Virus record (IMG/VR): IMGVR_UViG_3300021085_000013
Coordinates: 62,001 to 116,899 of that record
Length of the DNA stretch: 54,899 nt
Source of the DNA: an uncultured virus (IMG/VR IMGVR_UViG_3300021085_000013)
Lineage: Duplodnaviria; Heunggongvirae; Uroviricota; Caudoviricetes
Reading direction: 5' to 3' (one strand)
Made by a program: the position numbers and the translations under genes. Below the pieces are notes generated by a model. The model worked only from the letters and a program-made list of their open reading frames with translations. It was not told the origin of the DNA and made no database searches. Positions 11,525 through 21,749 of the stretch are shown piece by piece (the first letter of the stretch is position 1; the number at the start of each line of letters is the position of its first letter).

Positions 11525-13525
11525 TTATCTTAAAATATCGTATTCAAACGTTTTGTTTATTGAATCAATACAAACAATTTCTATATAAGGAGTAGCACTA
11601 AGTAAAGAAGAGGCTGGAATAGTAATCTTCTGAGACCATCCATTTTCTTTATCTGTCCACATTGTTATATTATTAGATTGTAAGTTTTTGATTTTATTTT
11701 TAAAAGTTACTCTAACAACTTGGCCTGTTTTCCATTGTGTTACAGTATCGTCTAGGTATATATTTAGATTAGAATCAAAGCTTTCGTCGAAGGCCGTATA
11801 GATTCTAACTAAGTTATCGAATTCTTTAACTCTTTGCCAAACTGCCTTTGTTGCAGATTCTGAAGGTAAGAAAGGACCATCTGAATTTAAAACTCTTTCA
11901 TTAATACCCGATATAGTATCATATACATAGGCGGGGCTTAATGAATATCCGTAATTAACGCATGAAATCTTAACTTTACCCGTGCTTGATTGTTTGTCAA
12001 TAGAGATCCCTTTATTACCGGATTCTATTACGTCTGTATTATATTGTAACTCTGCAGGTATTTCACCAGATATCACCTGATTTAATCTAGCATTGGTGTT
12101 TGTTATTAGATCTAAAAGACTTCTTTCATCTTGAAAATTAATAGTTGCATTTTCAACATCTTGTTCTATATTGTCTAATCTTTTAGATATTCCTTGTAAA
12201 TTTTGAGAACTTATAAAGAAACTTTCTAACATTTCAACTTTCTTAGAAATATCATTATATCTTGTGTTAGCATCTCTTAATAATTGAACTGCATTTTCTA
12301 AAGCACTTGTAGTGTCTAAGAAAATATCCATTGAGAATGTAGAATAATCATTAACATTCTTTTCTACTCCTACATTATCTAAAGCTGAATTAAATTTAAG
12401 ATTTAATTTAAGTGCAAATGCATTACCATTAAGACCTGTAACCTCGTTAGGCTTATACTTAGTTAATTCTGGAATATACCATCCGTCGTTTGAAGTATCT
12501 TCTTTCCAGTTATCTAATAATATTATACCGTATAGGTTTGTCGCTTTGTTTCCAATATTAGACTTTGAATATATGTCATAATAAACTAGAATAGCATTGA
12601 ATCTAAAATCTCCACCTCTTTTAGAATAATCTAATATTGAATCTAATTTTGGATCGTTTATTATTTTAGAATATGCAGAAGCGTTAAAGTCTATTCCAAA
12701 TGTTGGAATTTCATTTTCATTAATATTATAAGTTCCATCATCTTGATCAGTATAGGCTTGTAAGTCTAAAAAAGGAGCATTTGGATGAATGTCGTCTGAC
12801 GTTCTTCCTTCAACCATGCCGTCAAAGCTTGGATTAAATTTAATATTATTAGTGTTAAACTTAGATGTTTCTAATAAAACTTCAGGTGTATATCCTACAG
12901 AAGAAGGAACATTAATAAATATTTCATTGTATTGTTGTCCTTTATAGTTCTTGTCGTTAGTTACATCAATATTTCCGATGTATTTTATAACTTGACTATA
13001 TTCAGAACCGGATTGTGTAGAGTCATCTAGCTCTATCATTCTAGAAAATCCTGTTGAAACTTCTTGTGAAGTTGCAGTTCTTACTCTTATTGCGTTGATG
13101 TGATATAAGTATTTAAAGAATATTTTTTCTGCATCACTTTCAAATAAAACATCATCAAAATCGTCGTTAACCTCAGGGTTAAGAAGCATATTCTCTAAAT
13201 TAAGGGCATAACTTTGAAAAGTTTGTGCAAAATGAACATTACCATTTCCATCATGTAACGAATCATTATAAGAACTAGCATTAGAACCGCCACCTCCTTC
13301 AAATAGTCTAGAATATTCGATGTAGTTAGGTCCAGAATACTCAGGGTTATTCGGATCACTTTGAATAGAATCAGCATATACTGGCAAGTCTAGTAATGCA
13401 AATTTAGAAAATTCAAAATTAATATCCGGATTATAATATGCACGCGTAAGATCTCTTGCTGAATTAGCAAAAGCATACATCGTACCTCCCTGTTCCTGTG
13501 GAATCCTTATTAGTGGTGTAGCCAT
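11525..13525 (-). CDS. Hypothetical virion protein with coiled coil (666 aa)
   Basis: ORF track, tightly coupled to neighbours. Heptad-like region ALENAVQLLRDANTRYNDISKKVEMLE. Confidence 0.55.
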   Translation of the reverse strand: MATPLIRIPQEQGGTMYAFANSARDLTRAYYNPDINFEFSKFALLDLPVYADSIQSDPNNPEYSGPNYIEYSRLFEGGGGSNASSYNDSLHDGNGNVHFAQTFQSYALNLENMLLNPEVNDDFDDVLFESDAEKIFFKYLYHINAIRVRTATSQEVSTGFSRMIELDDSTQSGSEYSQVIKYIGNIDVTNDKNYKGQQYNEIFINVPSSVGYTPEVLLETSKFNTNNIKFNPSFDGMVEGRTSDDIHPNAPFLDLQAYTDQDDGTYNINENEIPTFGIDFNASAYSKIINDPKLDSILDYSKRGGDFRFNAILVYYDIYSKSNIGNKATNLYGIILLDNWKEDTSNDGWYIPELTKYKPNEVTGLNGNAFALKLNLKFNSALDNVGVEKNVNDYSTFSMDIFLDTTSALENAVQLLRDANTRYNDISKKVEMLESFFISSQNLQGISKRLDNIEQDVENATINFQDERSLLDLITNTNARLNQVISGEIPAELQYNTDVIESGNKGISIDKQSSTGKVKISCVNYGYSLSPAYVYDTISGINERVLNSDGPFLPSESATKAVWQRVKEFDNLVRIYTAFDESFDSNLNIYLDDTVTQWKTGQVVRVTFKNKIKNLQSNNITMWTDKENGWSQKITIPASSLLSATPYIEIVCIDSINKTFEYDILR

Positions 13526-13547
13526 CTAATTAATTGTTTATTTTTAA

Positions 13548-14114
13548 TTAAGATATTGTAGCTGAGTGTGAGCTAACAATATACCATTTTCCTCCGTTAG
13601 AAGATTCTCCTATTAAATTAATACATCCATTCTGACCTACTGAAATAGTAGATGTTGAATCGTATCCGTGAATCGCTCCATTTGAGGCATCTATCGTAAA
13701 CGCTAATTTAGCGATAATACTTAATGTTTGTCCAGGTGTAGATGCTCCTAATACTACCGATGCTGCTAATGAATTTAATTCATAAGCTCCTAATGCAGGT
13801 GTTCCAGTTGGAAAGTTAATAGTGTCTGCTATTGAAATCTGTTGTCCTTTTTCAAAAATAACATTTTCTTTAAATGTAGCTTCAACACCAGATGTAAGCG
13901 TTGATCCATCAACTGTAAATGTAGCTAAAGTTCCATTGTTTATATTCAATGATCCAGCTCCAACCGAACTTGTTAAAAGTAAAGTGGAATTTGTCGTGTC
14001 TAGGACGTTTGCAATTAATCCTAATTCTTCATTAACGTTATCAAAATTGTTATTGATAGTAAGTCTTGAAGAAGAAAGACTATGTGTCCCTAAAATTGTT
14101 GTAATACTTGCCAT
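13548..14114 (-). CDS. Putative baseplate/fibre-associated protein (188 aa)
   Basis: N-terminal SRLTINNNF resembles the INxNF attachment motif of T4 gp9/gp10-type and fibre proteins. Ser/Thr/Gly-rich body. Confidence 0.45.
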   Translation of the reverse strand: MASITTILGTHSLSSSRLTINNNFDNVNEELGLIANVLDTTNSTLLLTSSVGAGSLNINNGTLATFTVDGSTLTSGVEATFKENVIFEKGQQISIADTINFPTGTPALGAYELNSLAASVVLGASTPGQTLSIIAKLAFTIDASNGAIHGYDSTSTISVGQNGCINLIGESSNGGKWYIVSSHSATIS

Positions 14115-14115
14115 T

Positions 14116-17019
14116 TTATTTAATTGTTAAGATGTTTTTTCTTGTTATGTTTTTATTTCCATTCAAATCAGTTAATTCCAGCTCTAAACTATACTCTCCT
14201 TTTGTATCGAATAGGTATGTCAGCCACTGATTATCATAATATATATCTTCTTTTTTTACACTATTATTTATCAATCTCCATTTCTGCTCTATAACACCTG
14301 GCATTTTAGTTAAATCATAAGAAAACGTCATATGATTTAGTAAACTAATAGTGCCATGATCGTCTATTATATAGGTATCGTTAAAGTTAGGATTGTATGC
14401 TTGATATTTTACAAAGCTATTAGAATCTATTATACCTGTTGTAGTTGTTGCGTTGTGAAAATCATAACTTTGATTAGGCTGTTTCGATACAACTAACATA
14501 TATGTACATTCATCAACTCCATTTATTCCTGTCGAAACATTACCATCAGAATCAAAATAAATTGGATTCCAATTAAATTTAGAAAAAATAGGATATTGAT
14601 TAGGATTTAAATTATTAAGTTCTTGTTGTAAATTATTCCAAGCTGATAAATCCTGGGCATTCGTTGGGTATATTGCAGTAGGTGTGTACGATTCTACTAT
14701 TTCTAATCCAGTAAATGTATCTAGTTGCGAAACTGATATAGTTCCATTTAGGTCTCCGTTTAATTCTAACTTAAATGAAGAATTTAAATCTGCACCTACT
14801 CTGGTTTGATTCCATGAAGTAGTAGGTCCGTCGTTCCATGTTTGCTTTCTTAAAGCCTTCCATTGATATGCTCCAGTTGTTTCTGCAAACCCAGTTGGAG
14901 CGGAAGGATCGGCATATCTTCTACTTATAGAAAATTCTTTTCCTAATGTTTCGTCATTAAGATAATTTGCTCTATCAAGTGTTAAATAATAAGTAGCAAT
15001 ACTTTCTTCGATAGTGTTTAAGTTTTCTCTACCCCATTCCCATGAAGAACCAGCTTCATCCCACTGATATTTATAGTTAGCCCAATCTAATTCTTCTGTA
15101 AGTTTCTGATAAAGTCCATATATCTGGATGTTCTTAGATTTAACCACTATCTTTTCATTGTGGCTTACACTTCTTATATTATATAAATCCCAAAAGGCAA
15201 CATCAATTGAATACTCACCTATATATGGAAGTATTATTGGCAATGTATACCAGTCGTCAATAGATCCTCTGATAGTTTTAGAGTAACCCCTAGGACCTTT
15301 AATTATCCATTCAATTTCATATACACTTCTTTTCCACCAATCATCCCATGTCAAGAAAGTGTCTTGTGGAACTATTGCAGCTGTTGGATTCCATTCAGGA
15401 GCAGGAGTACTTGGGTCTGAATCATAAACATTATTTGGGTTTACATCATTTGGTAATTCAGAAACGTTTAACTGGTTTTCACTATTATCAGCTAATGTTC
15501 CATTAGGATTATAAACTGGAAATGCAATATCGTCATCAGTGTCATTTGCATCTATAAATGTAAAATCAGCATCATCCCATGTGTCTTTAAGTGAAGTTCC
15601 TGTTAAAATTATAGGTGCACCTATTGGAATATTTTCAATAGTATTATACGTGCTCATATCTTCATCATGCCATTCAGTATAGAAAGATCTAATAGAATCT
15701 TCTAATTCATTTCTTTCTGTTTTATTAAAAACTTCTATCTTTTGATTACGACCTTCTAACCTATAGTCTACTTTCCTAAGATCTTCTATATAAATTGATT
15801 TAACTTCAGGAAAGACTTCATAGTGTACGTCTTGCCCTGCGAGCTGAGAATGTATTTGATGTTGGTTATTCCAAACTCTCTGATTTACTCCGTCAAAGTA
15901 ATCACCTTCTGCTGTAATATCTACGATCTTTGCGTTAAGGGGTAAGTACTCTTTTTGTAGTTTACGCTTTAAAGCATATAATTTTATTAAAATTTCATCA
16001 GGTGAAAAATCTGTAATTTCCTCTACTTCAGGTAAATCAAATTCATTTAGTCTTCCAGTGGGAACATTTAATCTATACGCTAGTGAAAATCTAGAAGTTT
16101 TCTTTTGATTAGAATTAGGAAGGTTCTTATTTTTACTCTTCTTTGCTAAAAAACCTACTTCAGTTTGATTAGCAACAGGAACCACCATCATTTTTCCAAA
16201 TCCTTCAGATTGTTCATTTATGTTTAGCCAGTATTCTCTAAGACTTACATTGTTATATCCAAAGAAATCAATAACACCTAACAGCGCTTTATACGTTCCT
16301 ATGAAAGGCTTAATGGTAGAAGCCTGTAATAAAAGTTCTTTTCTTTTTCTATTTAATAGTTTATAATCTACACCAAGATCTTTAATATCAGAATCTCTAA
16401 ATATCAAATAATCCATTTCGGTAAGATTAAGAGCCATGTTAGTTAAAAGGCTTTTTAGTCTTTCATCTTCAGCAACAATTTCACCATACACTTTAATCTC
16501 AGCAACCTTTACTTCATTGCCGTCTTCAGTTGCATATACTTCTAATTTTCTAATATGAAATCCTTCTTGATCTGAGCTCATTGCAATATTAGCAATACAT
16601 GCCTGAGGACTTAGTGCGGCTGCATTTAGAGGAACTATTTTAAAACCATCTGGGTCAATTGATGTATAATAGCTATTGTCTCTCATTTCACTAATTTGAA
16701 AAGAATCTATATTTACATCATAATCCCCATTATTCATTTTACCACTATATAAAAATATATCTGTACTTTCACCATAGTCTTCTGTGAATTTAAACTTAAG
16801 CGTATTTTTATTTGCGTCTACTGATATTGGATGTACAAACCTTTGATTATCTAATTCATCCTTTACTTCTTCTAGTACATATAAATTTAAAGTTTCATAT
16901 AAACCCGTAGATATCTCAGGTAAAAATGCATTACCTGTAGAATATCCTAAATCAGAATTATATTCTAGATTTAATTCGTTAGAATTATTATCAAAAAATC
17001 TTAGATTTTGGTATGACAT
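14116..17019 (-). CDS. Putative baseplate wedge protein with C-terminal Ig/PKD-like segments (967 aa)
   Basis: Downstream of gp6-like gene. FIGTYKALLGVIDFFGY resembles the wedge (gp7/gpI-like) GT motif. GEYSIDV and GEYSLELELTDLNGN are PKD-like. Confidence 0.5.
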   Translation of the reverse strand: MSYQNLRFFDNNSNELNLEYNSDLGYSTGNAFLPEISTGLYETLNLYVLEEVKDELDNQRFVHPISVDANKNTLKFKFTEDYGESTDIFLYSGKMNNGDYDVNIDSFQISEMRDNSYYTSIDPDGFKIVPLNAAALSPQACIANIAMSSDQEGFHIRKLEVYATEDGNEVKVAEIKVYGEIVAEDERLKSLLTNMALNLTEMDYLIFRDSDIKDLGVDYKLLNRKRKELLLQASTIKPFIGTYKALLGVIDFFGYNNVSLREYWLNINEQSEGFGKMMVVPVANQTEVGFLAKKSKNKNLPNSNQKKTSRFSLAYRLNVPTGRLNEFDLPEVEEITDFSPDEILIKLYALKRKLQKEYLPLNAKIVDITAEGDYFDGVNQRVWNNQHQIHSQLAGQDVHYEVFPEVKSIYIEDLRKVDYRLEGRNQKIEVFNKTERNELEDSIRSFYTEWHDEDMSTYNTIENIPIGAPIILTGTSLKDTWDDADFTFIDANDTDDDIAFPVYNPNGTLADNSENQLNVSELPNDVNPNNVYDSDPSTPAPEWNPTAAIVPQDTFLTWDDWWKRSVYEIEWIIKGPRGYSKTIRGSIDDWYTLPIILPYIGEYSIDVAFWDLYNIRSVSHNEKIVVKSKNIQIYGLYQKLTEELDWANYKYQWDEAGSSWEWGRENLNTIEESIATYYLTLDRANYLNDETLGKEFSISRRYADPSAPTGFAETTGAYQWKALRKQTWNDGPTTSWNQTRVGADLNSSFKLELNGDLNGTISVSQLDTFTGLEIVESYTPTAIYPTNAQDLSAWNNLQQELNNLNPNQYPIFSKFNWNPIYFDSDGNVSTGINGVDECTYMLVVSKQPNQSYDFHNATTTTGIIDSNSFVKYQAYNPNFNDTYIIDDHGTISLLNHMTFSYDLTKMPGVIEQKWRLINNSVKKEDIYYDNQWLTYLFDTKGEYSLELELTDLNGNKNITRKNILTIK

Positions 17020-17021
17020 TG

Positions 17022-17291
17022 TTATCTAATTTTTTTATCGTTCTTTTTAATAGTGTAAGATTTATAACTCTTTAAATAATTCACAGAGTCTACCCAATCA
17101 GCCAACACCTCTTGAATAAACTTTATAAAATCATTCATTTGGTTATTTCTCCATATATGACCAGATATAGAATTCTTTAAAATGTTTTTTCTATAATCAT
17201 TTCCAAGATTTTTTCTATCGTCAAATACACTTTCCCTAATAGAGTATAGCCTTTCTCTTCTGCTTTTAAAAAGATTTTTAAAAATACTCAT
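17022..17291 (-). CDS. Hypothetical protein (89 aa), baseplate cluster
   Basis: ORF track. Start overlaps upstream stop. Confidence 0.5.
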   Translation of the reverse strand: MSIFKNLFKSRRERLYSIRESVFDDRKNLGNDYRKNILKNSISGHIWRNNQMNDFIKFIQEVLADWVDSVNYLKSYKSYTIKKNDKKIR

Positions 17292-19111
17292 TATATAGCT
17301 TTTCTATTTTTAGCTTGAACTTTAGCAAATATGCTATTTTTCACAGCTGGTTCATCAAAGTAAATTGAAAGAGCTGCTTTTTCCCCAGTCTTTACTGAAT
17401 CATCCACCATGTTTCCATTTTGATCTAACCATCCACCTCTAAACAATGCAACTTCTTCTTTTTCTAAAATTATATCTCCAAAAGAATCTAAATTAATTAC
17501 ATTCTCCGGAAGAGCAGCGCCTTCTTCAAAATTAACCTGTGAGGTAGTTACGTTTCTTTTAAAGAAAACCATTTTTTGTTTTCCGTTACCTATATCCTCT
17601 AATAGTGGAGTAGAAGGCGTTACGGTTACTGTTTTAGAAATATAATATCCTAATCTTCTAGCTGTTTCTTCTTTTTCAGAAGTGAATTTAACGTTAACGG
17701 AATCAATACCTTCAATACCTTCAATAATTGCTACTATATCTGATTTTGGAAGACGATCTCTTCTTGTAATATTAATTAAGTATTCAGCGACCTTAGATCT
17801 AATTTCAGATGATAGGTTATTTTTATGATATCCTTCAAAATATCTAACCTTAATATCCATTCTAAAGTATTGCGGTAAAGGATCTACTATTTTAACTTCA
17901 GTCGTTACCATCTGTCTTCCTGATTTTTCTAATAATCCCATAATTCCTTCTTTTTCTATTTCAGTAAAAAAGAATTCAGAAGTATCTAAGCTAAAATAAT
18001 CTTTATTGTTTTGTAATTTTTTAAGAGTATTAGGCAACATGAATAGATAGATAACATTATCATCGTCTAAATATCCATCGTCTGTAGTATTATATGCATC
18101 TAAATATGAAAACAAGCCGTATCTTGAAAGAAAGTGCTCATAGTTATCTGGGGTTGCTAGTACAAATGAATGTGACTGTAATGGGGCAATTAATTTTGTT
18201 AATGCAATATCTTCTGGATTTGCTCCCATTTTAGGAGCGACTGTAAACGAAAATTCTAATAATTCGTTTAAGTCATGTGTGTTTCCTAAAGAATCTGTTC
18301 CTTCAGTTTCAAACTTAAATGTCAAATCAGCTCTACCGTTTAAATTACCCATAGCACCGGAAATCTTTAAATATTCTACTTTAATCGAAGCTCCCTTTTC
18401 AGGTATTTCTCCAAATGAACCATTACCAAAATAAAGATCTAATCCACCTGTTATACCTGTTTTCACAATGTAACCCTGTGTTCCTTTCTTCATATCATAC
18501 AGTGAATCATATTTTGACCACAAATTAGAATTAACGGTTACTCTAATTTGATCATGATCAACCATTCCTTTTGTTATTACGTTAAATGACTGAAATGACT
18601 CCCCTGTTGAAGTTAATGTTTGATCTTCATATTCTCCTTGAACTACGGGAACATATATGAAATTAGAATTAGATTTGTCTAATCTAAATTGATCATTATT
18701 GGTTCTTAAAGTATACACTAGACCATTATCATTTGATTTTATAATAGCATTAGCGGGAATGTTTAAAGCATCTCCTGCAATATCATCTAATCCCTGTACA
18801 CCTAATCTCAGCTTTAATTCACCAGAAGCGGCAGCTCCTCTAAATGAATCATGTCCTGCTAATCTTGAAAGGCCATAAATTGATTCTGGGTTTTGAGCTG
18901 TTAGTATATTTTGCTCAACCGTTGAGTCTTCTATATAGAAGAAGATTAATTTTCCTATTTCTGAAATAACATCTAGTAATTGTGAAAAAGGAGAAGCGGT
19001 TGTAAATGCAGTTCCTACTGCACCATATACCCTGCTAACATACGATCTCACATCTGAGATCATTTCTCCAGTTTTAATTCTAGACGTTGATAAAAAGTTA
19101 TTATCTGCCAT
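17291..19111 (-). CDS. Baseplate wedge subunit (T4 gp6 / baseplate J-like)
   Basis: AQNPESIYGLSRLAG, LYFGNGSFGEIP, IKVEYL..SGAMGN and ATPDNYE match gp6-family patterns. Adjacent to gp25-like gene. Confidence 0.8.
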   Translation of the reverse strand: MADNNFLSTSRIKTGEMISDVRSYVSRVYGAVGTAFTTASPFSQLLDVISEIGKLIFFYIEDSTVEQNILTAQNPESIYGLSRLAGHDSFRGAAASGELKLRLGVQGLDDIAGDALNIPANAIIKSNDNGLVYTLRTNNDQFRLDKSNSNFIYVPVVQGEYEDQTLTSTGESFQSFNVITKGMVDHDQIRVTVNSNLWSKYDSLYDMKKGTQGYIVKTGITGGLDLYFGNGSFGEIPEKGASIKVEYLKISGAMGNLNGRADLTFKFETEGTDSLGNTHDLNELLEFSFTVAPKMGANPEDIALTKLIAPLQSHSFVLATPDNYEHFLSRYGLFSYLDAYNTTDDGYLDDDNVIYLFMLPNTLKKLQNNKDYFSLDTSEFFFTEIEKEGIMGLLEKSGRQMVTTEVKIVDPLPQYFRMDIKVRYFEGYHKNNLSSEIRSKVAEYLINITRRDRLPKSDIVAIIEGIEGIDSVNVKFTSEKEETARRLGYYISKTVTVTPSTPLLEDIGNGKQKMVFFKRNVTTSQVNFEEGAALPENVINLDSFGDIILEKEEVALFRGGWLDQNGNMVDDSVKTGEKAALSIYFDEPAVKNSIFAKVQAKNRKAI

Positions 19112-19128
19112 TTTACTTTTTTGTTTTA

Positions 19129-19482
19129 TTATACATAGACACCTACTTGATATTTGTTGTCTACTCTTATATCTATAAAGACTGCATGTCTGTCGACTTC
19201 TTTAGTAAAGTCAACGTCTACAGTCACGTTAAATTTTTGCGCAAGTGGACAGAATTGAAAAATCTGTTCTGCTACCACTTTTTTTAATAAATAGTCATTA
19301 TAACTTAATGAATATACATAGTCTTCTAAATTAGCACCAAATTCTGGATTACCTAGAACATCACCCTTTCTTGTAAAAAGAACTGTTTCAATCTGCGTTA
19401 ACAGTCTTGAAAGTTCTGAATAGTTTTCCATCTCAGTTGGATCGAAACCAGGATCTCCTTGCGCTTTTATATAAAACTCCAT
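19129..19482 (-). CDS. Baseplate wedge / sheath-initiator protein (gp25/GPW family)
   Basis: IETVLFTRKGDVLGNPEFGANL matches the gp25 signature. 117 aa. Confidence 0.85.
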   Translation of the reverse strand: MEFYIKAQGDPGFDPTEMENYSELSRLLTQIETVLFTRKGDVLGNPEFGANLEDYVYSLSYNDYLLKKVVAEQIFQFCPLAQKFNVTVDVDFTKEVDRHAVFIDIRVDNKYQVGVYV

Positions 19483-19498
19483 TTAACTATATATTCTA

Positions 19499-20332
19499 TT
19501 AAGAATGCATCATCCAATCGGTGCCTTCATCTGATTTAATTTCTTCAATAACAGCTTCTAATTCTCCTTCTCCTAATCCCTGTATTGCATCTGCATTTAC
19601 CTCTATATTTCCTGGCAATGCAAATCCAAAGATACTTAACTTTTGGCCAAGTGATATTTTAATCTTTGCAGCGCAATATCTAAAGAATGCTTCATCTTCA
19701 AATAATGCACACTCTGGAATTGTTTCATATACTTCTAATATAATATCTCTATTAGGGGTTTCTCCAGTAAATTTAATCTCATGTGTTAGTTGGTTATAGT
19801 GATAGCCAATGGGGTTTTCTAGAATTTGTCTAGCCATATCAAAGAAACTTTCATTAACCACGTAATATTGAAGGTTCTCTGCTGCATCTACTACACCATC
19901 TCCACCGAACATTCCAGTATACATCATTCTTTCGATAGCAAAATCACCTTGTGAAAATCTAATATCTGTTCCACCCGCATACTTTGATCCGGTTTCAAAA
20001 CATCCATATACTGAATAAACTTCTCCACCACCTGTAACTGGATCCATCTTTGGAAGAGTAAAGCATCTTCTAGATTTAAAAAGATTAGACTCAAAAAGTT
20101 CTTTAGGCAAAACCATAAAGTTTTCTTTCATTGAATACTCGTAATTTTTATAGAACCATTTCTTTGCTCTCTTGACAATATTCTCTACTTCTGATTTTGG
20201 AAGATTCATAGGAATCATACAAGACCCTGTTACCTCTGATGCCAACTCATTTACAAAGTTGTTAAAGCATACATTATCATCCCAAGTAGGCTTATTTAAA
20301 TGGCTATTATTACCTATTATATTATCACTCAT
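19499..20332 (-). CDS. Neck / head-tail adaptor protein (T4 gp13-like)
   Basis: C-terminal LGQKLSIFGFALPGNIEVNADAIQGLGEGELEAVIEEI resembles gp13 LPGGVTLNG..I..EA..E. Size fits. Confidence 0.7.
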   Translation of the reverse strand: MSDNIIGNNSHLNKPTWDDNVCFNNFVNELASEVTGSCMIPMNLPKSEVENIVKRAKKWFYKNYEYSMKENFMVLPKELFESNLFKSRRCFTLPKMDPVTGGGEVYSVYGCFETGSKYAGGTDIRFSQGDFAIERMMYTGMFGGDGVVDAAENLQYYVVNESFFDMARQILENPIGYHYNQLTHEIKFTGETPNRDIILEVYETIPECALFEDEAFFRYCAAKIKISLGQKLSIFGFALPGNIEVNADAIQGLGEGELEAVIEEIKSDEGTDWMMHS

Positions 20333-20348
20333 TTTATTTTAGTTATTT

Positions 20349-21644
20349 TTAAACTTCCGTATAAAGTATTTTTTCAGTGTTGTCAAACTTTGCAGTTCTT
20401 TTATCGTATTTACCGTCTCTAAATATACCTCCTTGCATCGTCCCTTTCATTATTCCATTTCCGTATACGTAACAATCTTTTAAAACACAAGACTGATGAA
20501 CGTATGAACTTTCTAATTTAGATGAATTAATCTGTGTAGATTGATAAAAGTTACAAGTGTGAATATCAGATCCATTTATGTCACAGCTAAAGAAATCACA
20601 ATTTGTAAATTCTCCTCTTAAAGAACATCTTACAAATTCATATCCTTCTAATTCTACGCAATATGATAAGTTACCATGATCTACTTGAATTGTCCCGTTA
20701 TCTGCATCATAGTTAATATGTCCCTTTGTTAATTCACCATGTGTAAATAACCTAAGAACTCTTTCTCTAATATTAGGCCAGTGTAAATCTATTATTTTTT
20801 CATTGTCATTTAAATCAACCGTTAATTTAACATCTTGATTCCAACCTACATTAATAGTTTTCCAATCTTTTCTAGCCTTTATAATTCTTTCATTTTTTGC
20901 AAGAATTTTTCTAAGCTCTATTGAATTAAGATTGTCAAATTGAACACCACTAGTACTATTCCATAATTGAGTTATAAAAAGATCTAGCATTTGTAGAATC
21001 TTAGAAGTTTTCTTTTCCCAATCTGCTCCACCTAAGTATCTAAATTCTAAATAATTTTTATGTCTTTTTTCAAAGTTAATTCCATAATATTTAGAATCGG
21101 GATATATGAAATTACTAGGAGTAATATTTAATCCATCATAGAAATAAGTATCTGACTTAGGTAAAACGAATTTAATTGACTTTGCGTATGCAGAATCTTT
21201 TCTTTCTGGGAAAAACTTAAAAACTTGGCTTTCTTTAAAATCTAAAATAAATTTAAGAACATTCATTTTAGATATTCTGTGCTTATTCTCTATTTTATCA
21301 GTATCGAAAGAAAGGTTTAAGTGAATAGAACTTCTATCATTAGTATACCCATTTTCTTCTATCCATTTACATACTTTAATAATCATCATTCTTGCAGCAT
21401 AATACGGCTGTGCTCCCGTTACAAGTTCCATTAGTTTTTCACCACCTGACATATCAGGTTCAATTTTAAACTCATCCCTTGTAACTTCAAAGTCACTATG
21501 TGCCTTTGCCTCTACTCTAATTTTTTTACCTAAAAGACCTGCTAATTCCTTAGCAGTCGTATCGATATCCTTATTAGAATAAAATTCAAATTCAACACCT
21601 ACTAGTGCGTTCTTTAATATGTCTGAATTATTAATATTATTCAT
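20349..21644 (-). CDS. Putative amidoligase (COOH-NH2 ligase, Amidoligase_2-like) with C-terminal beta-helix-like tail
   Basis: GVEFEF, ELVT, TNDRSSIHLNLS, KYYGINF and LEFRYLGG in the expected order. Cys/Ser-rich repetitive C-terminus. Confidence 0.75.
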   Translation of the reverse strand: MNNINNSDILKNALVGVEFEFYSNKDIDTTAKELAGLLGKKIRVEAKAHSDFEVTRDEFKIEPDMSGGEKLMELVTGAQPYYAARMMIIKVCKWIEENGYTNDRSSIHLNLSFDTDKIENKHRISKMNVLKFILDFKESQVFKFFPERKDSAYAKSIKFVLPKSDTYFYDGLNITPSNFIYPDSKYYGINFEKRHKNYLEFRYLGGADWEKKTSKILQMLDLFITQLWNSTSGVQFDNLNSIELRKILAKNERIIKARKDWKTINVGWNQDVKLTVDLNDNEKIIDLHWPNIRERVLRLFTHGELTKGHINYDADNGTIQVDHGNLSYCVELEGYEFVRCSLRGEFTNCDFFSCDINGSDIHTCNFYQSTQINSSKLESSYVHQSCVLKDCYVYGNGIMKGTMQGGIFRDGKYDKRTAKFDNTEKILYTEV

Positions 21645-21703
21645 TTACGTAATTATATAACTTAAGTTGGTTTATATATCTCTGTTAGATACACTATAAC
21701 GTG

Positions 21704-21730
21704 AAAAAGCCCGAGTGATCGGGCTCTTTC
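21704..21730 (-). terminator. Rho-independent terminator after S1 gene
   Basis: Minus strand GAAAGAGCCCGA-TCAC-TCGGGCTTTTT: GC stem plus U tract. Confidence 0.8.
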
Positions 21731-21749
21731 AACTAAATTATAGATTTGA

